Shown: positions 47,887 to 60,500 of the stretch, piece after piece
Layout: each line of letters begins with the position of its first letter
Numbering within the stretch: the stretch's first letter is position 1
NCBI GenBank assembly: GCA_040954595.2
Contig: CM082594.2
Coordinates: 4,325,319-4,389,318, forward strand
Length of the DNA stretch: 64,000 bases
Origin: Balanoglossus misakiensis
Lineage: Eukaryota > Animalia > Hemichordata
Reading direction: 5' to 3'
Program-made: the position numbers and the translations under genes
The notes under the pieces: generated by a model
Database searches by the model: none
What the model was told of the DNA's origin: nothing
The model's input: the letters and a program-made list of their open reading frames with translations, nothing else

Positions 47887-50800
47887 ATGCTACGCGTAAC
47901 GAAATTAAGACCAGTCAAGGTAAGTCTTTGTCGTAATAACACCTGTTATGAATTTATACAACGGCGGCAGACATATGTGGTTTGTTCATAAAACTGTTGC
48001 ATGACCCGCGAGTCGGGGGGGGGGGGGGCGTACACAAGTATGTATACTCACGATATGGCTACATTACCACCACCATAACCACCACCAACATCATCATCAT
48101 GTGTCGCGTCGCTGATCTTGTGAAGACAGTAGTATTATTTATCTAACCCAGGAGATGAATTCCAGCGCAGGAATAGTAGCAACTCACTGCAAACATTAAA
48201 GAGGTCACATGTCCACCTGGGGTGTCGCCCTTTAATAGGGACAAGGTTCATTTTCAGGTCACTGTGACACGTGTGAAGATAGATGCAATAATTGTATCCC
48301 TGACGCACCAATATTGGTTCGTTCGTTTGTCACGTGTTTTTTGTTGATGTTCTGTGAGTGCGAAGGGCTTCAAAGCTTTCAATGCAAATCTGCAGCCCCA
48401 ATTTTACAGTACATGTACTAATGGTAAACAAAAAATGAATGATACTTTAATTTCATCATACAAATTTCTGGTAATGAACATGTAGTTGTTCTTCTTGTTC
48501 ATAGGTCTACAACTTGTTGCACAATTCCAGGCTTTATGCCAGTAGTGTGGTAAGTTTGTTCACGTTCTCAACTTCTTGTAGTAGTGTGACTAAGTACAAG
48601 AATTTGACAAATGGCATTATCAATTCACAACTTGTTCTACTGTCTCTGTTAATGAAGAAATCAGAGTTTGTCCTTTCATTCTGGTACTAACTACTGACCT
48701 AAGTAAAATAAGTTGTTTCTGGCTGAGTCATGATGCAAGGATAATATACTATGATTCACATAAAAATGTCAATTTGATGTCTTACCTTCTTTCCGGAAGA
48801 CCTGATATTTTTCATCTTTTCATGAATTAACTCCTGTGTATTTCTTACTAATTTTCAGCCAACAACAAAGTATGTGATCAACAATGAATTTTTAGAATCC
48901 AAGTCTACAGAATGGCTTGATGTACACAATCCTGTAAGTATTCACAGATGTCAATTTATATTTGTCTTAAATAAAAATCTTACTGATGAGAATTATCCAA
49001 ATGCAAGAAATGATGTATTCACAGAAAAAAAATTGGAAGGTTTATGATTACAGTGGTAAGATTTCAGTGATTGGGCCATCTATTGGGGCTTTAAATGTAC
49101 ACTCTAATTTTTAAACCATCCACTCTATTATTTGTGAACACTGCATAGTGTGAATTGATCAGACTGCAACTTTACCATTCTGACACATAGGCCACCAATG
49201 AAGTGGTTACCAGGGTTCCCAAGAACACACCTGATGAGATGCAAGCGGCCGTGTCAGCCGCCAAGGAGGCATTCCCAGCCTGGTCGCAGACGTCCATTCT
49301 TACCAGACAACAGATCATCTTCAACTTCCAGAGGTTGATCAAAGAAAACATAGTGAGTATGAGAAAGATACTGTGGTACAGGTTGTAAGATTGCATAATT
49401 ATGATCAATGTCGCTGAAACAGCCCGGAGTATGATATTTTGGACCAGTTTGAATCAAACTGGATAAAATAGAAACATGTTTAATTAACCTCATGCAGTTC
49501 CACTATGCTGACAAACAGTTAAGATTGTATGGTAGCTTCACCAGTTGACAGTTACAAAAAACAGCTTTACTTCTTTGCAAGCTTAATATTAAAACCGGTC
49601 AGTTGTACAAATAACTATCAACACTTTCTTCACAAGGTTTCATTCTTTGCAGAAAGATATTGCCAAACTGATCACGCTTGAACAAGGCAAGACATTGGCT
49701 GATGCAGAGGGCGATGTCATGAGAGGACTTCGTGAGTAGAACTCTTCATGTCTCATGTTGGGGATTTTTGGCTTACTTAAATAAATGTGGGCAATATTGT
49801 TATAGTGATAAGACGATGTTACACTTACAGGATTGGACAAGCAAAATGGTTGCCATCCCTGGCAAGGTTCTGAGCCCACACTGCGGCATGTGCAAAGTCT
49901 AGTGCACACAATTGTAGGAGCGGAGACATTTTCGAATAAGTGGTGAACATTTGCATATCTGTGACATCACAGGCAAACAACATGAAAAAGCCTGGTCTGT
50001 GTGATTTGAATTGAAATGTACTACACTGTTGTGTTCCTTATTCAAAGTGTTAATTGTATTGATATTTAGTGAAAAACAATCCTTCAGTGCTGCCTGAAGC
50101 AAGGCAGAATTTGGAAAGTGAATTTGAATCTCTAACAAGTGTTAATTCTATCCTACAGAGGTGGTAGAACACGCCTGCTCCATTACATCTCTGCAGCTTG
50201 GGGAAACCATGCCAACCATTTCCAAAGACATGGATTTATATTCCTACAGAATTCCGCTTGGTGTCACAGCTGGCATTACACCGTAAGTTTTGCTTTTTTT
50301 CTTGTATGATCAACATTCATATGCCCATAAAAAATCCTCATTTGAAGGCTGTTCTTTTGAACTTTTCAATCTATCCATATTGTAACTATAGAGAATGAAA
50401 AGAAAAGTCTCTCTATATTTGATTATTGTCAGAGTACCTAAACATCCAATGGAAATTTCACTTTATGCTGATATCCAATAGTTATTACAATTACACCTCA
50501 AGCTGATATGTTTCTTAGAACATCTAGTTTTACTTAAAGCTATTATTAATTCAGTCCATTTCTTGTTTGTTAGGTTTAATTTCCCAGCACTGATTCCACT
50601 TTGGGTGAGTTTTTTTTGCTGTTTTGTTAATTCAGCATGTTCATTTGTGTTCTTGTGTACACCGAACAATTTTACATGTATATACAGATTTACCAGGGAT
50701 AATTATTTTTGTGTCAGAACAGAACAGATATATACTGTATAAGAACATGGTTTTCATTCAGTGTTCAGCCAAAGTTAATATCAGCTGCTAATTAACACTA

Positions 50801-53800
50801 ATTACATGTGTGTTCATTTTGGGCCCAACAGATGTTTCCAGTAACAGCTGTGTGTGGCAACACTTCAGTGCTGAAACCATCAGAACGAGACCCCGGTGGC
50901 ACCATGAAATTGATCGAGTTAGCTATTGAGGCAGGATTTCCAAAGGGTGTTGTCAATGTCATTCACGGCCAACATGATGGTAACTATAGTAACTTTTCTT
51001 TATCTATTACATGTATCATACTTTTTAAAGAAATAAACCGTAGTTATAATAACCACCTGTCATTTTTTTCGCATCACTATTTACTCAACTTTTTCACAGC
51101 TGTGAATTTCATCTGCGACCACCCTGACATCCGAGCCATCTCGTTCGTTGGTGCCGATCTTGCCGGCAAGCACATCTACGAACGTGGTACCAAGAACGGT
51201 AAGCGAGTACAATGCAACATGGCCGCCAAGAATCATGGTGTCCTCATGCCAGATGCCAACAAAGAAAACACCCTCAACCAGGTGAGATTTTTAACTTTTT
51301 AAAAATCTGTTTTTTTCTGTTTTCATGTTCAATGTTAAACCGTGTGGACTATAGTTTGTTATGTTGTACAAGTTTCCCATAGATTTTAACTACCCACTTA
51401 CATGAATGATATCAGCTGGACCATGAAGGCAAACCAGGTGCTATTATGACACATAAAAGAATATGCTAATTAGTTCCCTAAATAAAACAATTGCAAAATT
51501 TGTGGGAGAAATATACCAAATATATCATGCGTAGCTATAGATTCAGTCATACATGTATGTATGTATCATGTAGACTTGTTAAAACTAATAAAAGTTTAAT
51601 TCCCAGTAATTATAATTTGCATTTGCCACCAAATAGCAGATTTTCATTTGGTGTCATTAGGCTTGTGACTACGTATACTCAGAAACAGATTTACTAATGG
51701 GCTGATATCTTCTTTTACAGTTAGTTGGGGCAGCCTTTGGTGCTGCAGGACAGCGATGTATGGCTTTGTCTACAGCAGTGTTTGTGGGAGATTCGAAAGC
51801 TTGGATTCCAGAACTGGTTGACAGGGCAAAGAAGCTGAAAGTGTCAGCTGGTAAGAATTCACATATCCGGATATATCACAAAGTTGTTGTTTGTTGTATT
51901 GATTGGTTAGCTTAGTGCATTTTGCCAACAAAGTTTTACATGGCCAAGATTTGCCAAATTGGTTATTTTGAATGCATAGATCACTTTTTCAGTGTAATTA
52001 TCTATTGCAGGTACTGAGCCCAACGCTGACTTGGGTCCAGTCATTTCACCTGCGGCCAAGCAAAGAGTGTGCGATTTGATACAGAGTGGCGTCGACGAGG
52101 GTGCCAACCTAATCCTAGATGGAAGAGACATTGCCGTACCTGGCTATGAGAAAGGCAACTTTGTCGGACCCACCATTCTCACAGATGTCAAGGTAGGGCA
52201 CCCTCTACATTTCACTTTGATTATATGCAGACTTCTGGTCGTATATATTTCACATGTGGTGAAAATAACGTGGTCACTATAAATGTGACACATGGGTTGA
52301 AATATTAGCAGTATACCGGTACACACTGTACATGTGCCAGTTACAGGGTTTTTGACTGCAAGGTTTTGGAATTCATGTAGTTTCCCATCACAAAGGGAAT
52401 TCATCTACCACTTGAAGAGCGCGATTGCCTATGTTCTTTTGTGTGTATAATAAGATATACCAGTATGTGGCTTTTTCAAGTAAAAGTATCAGGTCTAGTT
52501 TATATCAAAGAAGTTCGCAGTTGTGTTTTGTGACAGCTAGATTTCCCAAGAAAATCCAAGTGCCCTAAGAATTGTAGCAAGGGGCTTTGGTCCACTGATC
52601 TTCATATTCTGCGTGAAACATTGTGCCCTGGAGTAATATTTAGTGAATGTTAAAGAAACAGACTTCAATCCATAGATCTTACATTTATTCTCATAAAATT
52701 GGATAGGTGCAATCCTTTTTCATCGCATGGAAGTTTTTAACTTACTTGAGTGTGTGAAGATGATAATTACCTAACATGACGGACTTCCAGATCACTCTGA
52801 AAATCACTAATACCTGTTAAATCAACTGCATTCACATTACGAGCCAAAAATGGTAATGCATCTGCACACCTGGTTTTTTAAACTCAAAGCCAAACATGAA
52901 ATGCTACACAGAGGAGATCTTTGGACCTGTATTAGTGGTGTTGACAGTGGATACATTGGAAGAAGCCATTGGCCTGATCAATGCCAATCCTTATGGCAAT
53001 GGCACTGCTATCTTCACTTCCAATGGAGCTACTGCTCGGAAGTTTACCCATGAAATTGATGTAGGACAGGTAAATATTGATCTTTCTGCTCTAGTCAGTT
53101 TGTCTTCAAAAACATTTTGCAAAATATTGATCAGTGGCTAATTTTAGCTTTTATATACTAGAACTTTCCAATTTTCCAATTCCTGAAATTACTAGATCTG
53201 ACCTGTTCATATTGCAATATGTCTCAGTGTTTGACTGTGATGATATAATTTTCAGGTCGGTGTCAATGTCCCGATTCCAGTGCCGTTACCCATGTTTTCA
53301 TTTACTGGGTCCAGAGGATCATTCCTTGGGGATTCCAACTTCCAGGGCAAATCCGTAAGTTTGAAATTGAACCTAACATCCTGACGTGTATTCATGGTTG
53401 TTGTAAGTGTTTTTGCATGAAGGAAAATGTGTTTGTTTATTGGAAGGGTAGACATGAAATTGCTGTCAGTAAGGCCAAGGAAAAGCTATTGTATGTTTCT
53501 AATATCACACTTTTCAAAAATAAGTATGTATAGGTTAGGGTGAAATTGTTATCTATTTTTTCATTTGGAATATATGTTTTGAAATCATCCAAAACATTTA
53601 TTCAGCTATGATTAACAATAAGACAAAAACATGTAGAAATTGTTTCGTTATGACTATGGCATTCACATTCACTTTGAACAAATTGAAAAATAACAATGAT
53701 AAGTGTTTGAATTCAGGAATACTGATATGTCTGAATTTTGGTTTGTTACTACAGATCATAAACTTCTACACCCAGCTGAAAACAGTGACTTCACAATGGA

Positions 53801-53856
53801 AATCTGAAGATGCAACTCTGGCCGCCCCAGAAACAGTAATGCCAGTTCAGAAGTAG
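47887..53856 (+). CDS. ALDH6A1: Methylmalonate-semialdehyde dehydrogenase (acylating), mitochondrial, about 523 aa, 14 exons
   Basis: Exons 47887-47919, 48505-48549, 48859-48933, 49191-49352, 49653-49731, 50159-50282, 50574-50604, 50832-50979, 51100-51281, 51721-51850, 52011-52192, 52890-53069, 53256-53354, 53755-53856 (1572 nt in frame). Presequence-like [11 protein letters not shown]; motifs [82 protein letters not shown]. An alternative in-frame ATG lies at 47848. Confidence 0.95.
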
Positions 53857-55927
53857 TCTGTAATAGACACACCTGTGTATATGCGTAATCTCAATAAAAA
53901 CAGATGAAGACAATTGTATTACGTGGGCTCCTGAAAACTACAGAACACCATGAATCAAATACCAATGTATTCTGATTTTTTTTACTGGAAAATGAGAATT
54001 CTTGAAGTCATATGATCCGATCATCTGCTTCTTCAACATTTACCATCGATACTGATCTTTAGAGTTAGTAAATGTTTCTTAAAGCTTGCTGCTTAACTGA
54101 AAGTGCAAATTAATTCCTCTGTTTTGTAACTGAAATTGATGAATTGGGCATGAGATGCCTATGTACAGAGAGGTGGTAAAATGAACCAATGCGCTGAAAA
54201 GCCCACCGGATAAATTTCACCATCAAAGGTTATAGCATTCAACCAACAGCACAGTTGAATTTCAACAGCTTTTGTTGAACTAAACAGCACAGTTGTATTT
54301 TGGATATTATTTACACACAGCATTGAAAATTAAGTGTTTGAAGACAAATAGATGATGTCAGTCACGTTTGTTCAAAATATGACAAAAATCAGCAATTTTT
54401 ATATTTCTGCCCAAACCCCACAACAACACCCTCAGATGGTGGCTGAGTTAATACAATAGACAATTGTCTGTGATACGTACCTTCCTGCAGATGCCCTGAT
54501 GTGGATTTCTTATATTTTAATGAGAACTAACAAACGGTCATTTCAAGAACTTTTTATATGTACATGTTATCCAACAACCCATAACAGTAGATCTTTATTA
54601 ACTGCTAGGTTGCTTAAATTGTATAGTACGTGTACTGACAAGTCAAATTGTGTCTCTGACTTTAATATGATAAAATAATATATACACAAAGTATTCCCAT
54701 TTGTCTTCAGGTGTGTACTACTATCACATGACTACCACACCTCATTCCTGGGGCACACAATGACAAAGAATAGAACATTTTGGATATTTTCAGCTGTTTT
54801 ATCATCAGTTTATTAAAAGTATGCATTACTCCAGTACAAATGTTAACACTCCTGTTCAACCTGTTTACAATGCTGAGAACATACACTGTCACTGCCAAAT
54901 TGATGAATGCAGGGATCAACATAATACATGAACATGTATGTTGTGATAATTATTGTCTAGCAATTACGGTAATTACTGTCTGCTAATGATGGTCTTTCTC
55001 TCTTCATTAACCCTTTGAACCCGGCTCGGAAGAAAATTTCTGTATGGTATCACAGGACACCAAGGGTTTGGGTTTACCTATACACCGTACACAACTGATC
55101 ACTCAATATACTCATAGGGCAAATTCACTATTAGGAATCAAAAGTTGTTTTCTCCAGATAGAATTTGCTACATCGAAAAGTATCAACCATCTATCACGGA
55201 CTTATACAAGCATACATACAAAATTTAACATTCATGAACAGGTGAAAGCTAATCTTTCAAATGCAGCTGGTTCTTCAATTCAAGCCTATCAAATCCTCCG
55301 CGTGTTGAAATAAAAGTGCCATTTTCGAACTTGAGTTATCAGAATAAAATCATTCAATAAATGGTATGTTGAAAACTAAAATCCCTTGATCATTAAAATA
55401 ATTTTGGTTCTTCATGGGTACATATGTAAATGTTAAGTGGAAACTACTTTCTGTGTAAGCATTGAACACTACGACCGTTAGAGCTGAGCGTTACGATCGG
55501 CGAAATGTGGTAATTTTTAGTTTGCACGTCACGCCATTATTCTTCCCAACTATCGTCAAAAAAAAATTGGGAACCGCGGAATTTACGAAAAATTCTCGCT
55601 AACGGAAGTGTTCTCGAATAGTGCCGATACGATCTCGTGACCTCTGAGCCAAACCACTCCAGAACTGACCCGACATGACCTTATTTTGCATAACAAAAGC
55701 TGCATAATTTGACCAATTAACGACCGTCTCTGGTTGCGTCATAACAACCGCATCACTGTACTGAAAATCAAGACGCCATGATCAAAACTGCCTGAGGAGA
55801 TGGCAAAGCAATATACTAGTATATATTTTTTTGGCACAAGTTTATAAAGCGTTCATAGTTTAGCTGTACTCCATGTGAACTCATATAGGATCACTGGTCC
55901 TGAACAAATATGGCCGTATCGTAGCGT

Positions 55928-57439
55928 CTACTTCTGAACTGGCATCGCTGTTTCTGGGGCAGCCGGGGTTGCATATTCAGCTTTCCACTGCGAAGTCACC
56001 GTTTTCAGCTGGGTGTTGAAATGTATGGACTGTAATGATAAATAAAAAAAGGGGATAAATTTATGAGTTGGGGATAAAGTGACGATTAACGTTCTTCGGG
56101 CTTCCCGGAGAAAAATCGTCATCATGCCTCCACAGAATACGCCAGACTTAGAGTTAACACGTTTATCCCACTTTCAAATTTCTGCCACTTTTCATGTCGT
56201 ATCAAGCGTCTGTTTTCCAAGAGTGAATGTGCATAAAGAAGAATGAAAACCCCAGTTAATGTTCTGAAGTGTTCTTTTTATTATTTTCCTCGTGCAAAAT
56301 GGAATTTCATGCACAGCAATCATAATTTCGCCAGGAAATCCAGAATAGTTATTCAATTATCCGGGAGAAGGGTTGTTCATTTTTGAGGATACAGATGTTT
56401 TAAAAATTGATGATTCCCAGGACGCCCTAGGAATTCGTGTACACTGGTCTGATGGAACAGTTCTGGTGCATGTCAAGTATAAATGAAACATCATGATGAA
56501 TTCATCATGTGTCTTGCATGTTGTTGTGAGTTCAAAAAGAACGCTCAACAAGTCACAATATGGCAAATTTCGCCCTGTGGAGGTCAACTTACAGATTTGC
56601 CCTGCAAGTACGCATCGCCGAGGAACGAACCTTTGGAAGCACTGTATGAAAACATCGCCATTGCAAATGGCATTGGAATATTGACACCAACCTGAAATTT
56701 TCAGAGATAATTTTCGGGTTAAAAGCCAGACAGAACATTGTTTCAAGAATTTAGTAAGCGACTCAATGTGCTACAAATGTCTTTGCTTGTATACGAACAT
56801 TGGGTTTGTCTGTACTTTGGTGCATACAAATCTTACACCATCTGAGTTTGTGAATTGTGAGAAGCAATATTAGTAGAATGGACTTGGCAAGCTGAATTCT
56901 GAATAATGTCCACTTCCGGTTCCAACTGCAACATCGCCGAACACTTTCAATATGCAGGACAAAACTAATCACGGGTTTCAGGTTTTGTCATTTATATGGC
57001 AGTGAGGAATTTTCTGCGTCAGCACTTCAATAATACGTGTAAGTCAAAACCTTATTGTCTGTAGCTATATGTATATGCGTGTAAATTTGTATAGTTTTAC
57101 TTGAAAAATATTGGTTTGTTCCATCACCGGTCACGCTGCTGACATGGCTTTCAAAACTTGCATGCCATAATTATAGCTGATGCAGCAGAGTTTTGAAATA
57201 CAGCGTGTAAATTAGATCACGGGCTACAAATGCCATAATTACCTGCCCTACGTTAATTTCATGGATAAACTTCCGAGCAGTAGCTCCATTGGATATAAAG
57301 ATAGCAGTGCCATTGCCATAAGGATTGGCATTGATCAGGCCAATGGCTTCTTCCAATGTATCCACTGTTAACACCACTAATACAGGTCCAAAGATCTCCA
57401 CCGTGTAACATTGCATGTTTGGCTTCAAAAATTGTGTAG

Positions 57440-57506
<67 letters not shown>

Positions 57507-60500
57507 ACGTTATTTGCTCATATTCTGCCGTTTCTCGATAATAACAGTTTCATATACTTATACATATACTTATACTCATATGCTCCCTGCCTTTTTAAAA
57601 AAAACTATGCGTGGTTTTCGATGGTGTCTGTACAGTCCGCATTTCCTGAAATGCTCTCAACAAACCAAGAACACATTTTAATATGGCAGAGAAATAAAGG
57701 ATCTGAACCCCTTTTTCAAATGTGTGTTAGCATACAACCGGCATACTTGACATATATTTACCTTAACGTCGGTGAGAATGGTGGGTCCGATAAAGTTGCC
57801 TTTCTCATAGCCAGGTACAGCAATGTCTCTTCCATCTAGGAGTAGGTTGGCACCCTCGTCAACACCACTCTGTATCAATTCACAAATTCTCTGCTTTGCT
57901 TCTGGTGATATGACTGGACCCATGTCAACATCGGGCTCAGTACCTGTGACAGCAAAATCATAATGGAAGATATTTCACTAACGCATGAACCAAAAGTTCA
58001 ACTATCGGCAACCTTGGGCAAATCATTGCAGATGTGAAGTTGTAGTGCATGGCTGCATGCTTGTCGGCCATTTTGGACAACACTGCAACACAACACTTTT
58101 TAGGAAGTGGACGAGGCAATTCTCTAAGTCTCATTTTAATCAACTTGAAAAAGTCAAACACAAATCGAACATCTCTGGGGAATCACCCCAGACGTGAGAA
58201 AATGCATAACAACTGGCCGCCGCGTGGAGGTCAACAAAGATAATACCACATTTCAGCTTACAAGATACGGTATTGTTCCGTACACTAGACAAACTGACAA
58301 AGATGGAAGAACGCTTTTCAGTCTGTGCAGTTGCTAAGTACCGACTGCATAATTACCAGCTGATACTTTCAGTTTCTTTGCTCCGGCAACCAATTCAGGA
58401 ATCCAATTTTTGGACTCTCCAACAAACACGGCCACACATAAAGCCATGCAACGTTGTCCAGCCCCGCCAAATGCGCCGCTCAGTAACTGTGGATATGATA
58501 GTAACAATGTAAATTTATTAGACTATATTTCAAAGATTGTCGAGTTTCTAATATCATAGTTCGGTCTGACCAAATTGTTTCAATATATGATTGGGCTCTG
58601 GCAAAAATGGAATGTCCTTAAGAAAAATAGTGTTACTTCCTATCCTTACTGTGCCATACTTGCTATCATAAAGCTCAACACCACCTTTTTAGACACTGTT
58701 GAAAGCATTTTGTGAAAAACAGTGTGTTTAAGGATTGTGACTGATAAAAACTTTACACACCGATTTCAGAGAAGATTCCTTTTTGGCATCCGGCATAAAG
58801 ACACCATGATTCTTCGCACCGATATGGCACTGAACTCTTTTCCCAGTCTTGGTGCCACGTTCATAGATGTATTTGCCAACACGATCGCCACCGATAAATG
58901 AGATGGCTCGGATATCAGGATGGTCGCATATGAAATTCACAGCTGTAAAAAAAGTCTCCGTTAGGGACCGTTCAGTTTATACGGCTGGGGGGGGGGGGTT
59001 GGCAAGTTTGTGTCATCGGTTTTCAAAATCAGGCCGACCCCCCCCCCTTCACCCAGCACCAAAAAATGATGACCCCCCCCCTTTGACAGCAAATTATCTC
59101 AATGTTTGGGAGGATCAATTTTACTTTTTGCCACTCCACTCAAAGTTAGAAGATTTGGTGTCATCTTGTCATGACATCATTTATAAAACTTCTAGTATAT
59201 AGAAGATGCAGCGCGAAACTATCAGTTATGCACAATTATACTCCTTTATGTATTCACTTTGTTAAATATTATCATTGGTGGGTTTGGGGTGGCAAGCACT
59301 CTGCCCTGGTACACTAGACAAACCAGCAAAAAATGAAATGTGGCGGAGAATGAATGGGGTGGGTGTGGGAGGGGGTGTCCCCCTCCCATATTAGAAAATT
59401 TTGTAAAATAAAGGGCGCGAAACTGCATTTTTGTGGACTCAAAATAAATATTTAGTCGTTAAAGTTTTCAAGTCCCCCCCCCTTTCAGTCCCTAAATTAT
59501 TTCAAATCCCCCCCTTACATACCCTCAATTTTTTCAAATCCCCCCCTCAATTCTCCTGCCCCCCCCCCCTCCAGAGGTGTTTGTGAATGCAGCCTAAGAG
59601 GTGTTTGACTGTAGTGTCAGATATGGGGAAGGGAGAGGCAGAGAGAGAAATGTTTGTACAGATTTGTTATTTTTGTACCTCGCGCACGAGTCAGGAAAGT
59701 GCATCGCAACAGCTGAGTTGAGTGCATTGATTGTATTCATTGTGTCACAGAAGAAACGGCGTTCCACACACATCAATGCGCACTGCCTCAGTCCATTCTG
59801 GCAAGAGCTTGTTTTCTCTTTTTGTGAGTCAGTCATAACATCGGGTCAACCAGTGGCAACCGAGTCGGGGTTCATCTTGAGGTCATCGGTGGTGTGGATT
59901 AGCCGCAGGGGTTGGAAAGTTAATGGGAGTCACTGGTTTAACTGTGGATTGACTTTATATGGTGGACTTCATGCAGGGCACAATATTTGTGCAAGTGCAC
60001 TATGCACAGCTAGCGTATAAAATCCCACTATACTGCCAGAAGGAATATTGGTATTTCTCTGTTTTCATTTGTTGCGTACTATATAGGTTCCCTTTGCAAA
60101 GAACTGTTTTCACTTGTGCGGCCAATATATATGAGGTTACGACCGTAGAACAAAAACACACACATTGTTTAAGCATCGGCAGTCTGTGTGACAGACAGGT
60201 TGGTTGGTGTACCGGTATATCAAACGAGGCGGAACTTGCAATCATTTGATTGCAGTCTTTGTATATCTGTACACTGGAGGTCATTGCCATCACGATTTGT
60301 TTGTAAACTAGTCTTCTTCTGTTGATGCTGTCATAAGGTTGTTGAATTTCTACAGTGCGTTCATTTCACTGAACCCGAGCATGGTGACATATTTGCCGTG
60401 ACCGCGAAGCAAATTTTAATGGGCATCTCTTCTTGCAAATTAATCCTTTTATCCCAATTACAAGTCAAGGACTATTGATGTACTGTACAGTTTCACATGG

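Noticed and set aside
57259-57839. Poly-Met, poly-His and poly-Ser ORFs (also poly-Ser at 5616-5930 and HT/VC repeats at 1491-1837)
   Set aside because: These are translations of intronic microsatellites.
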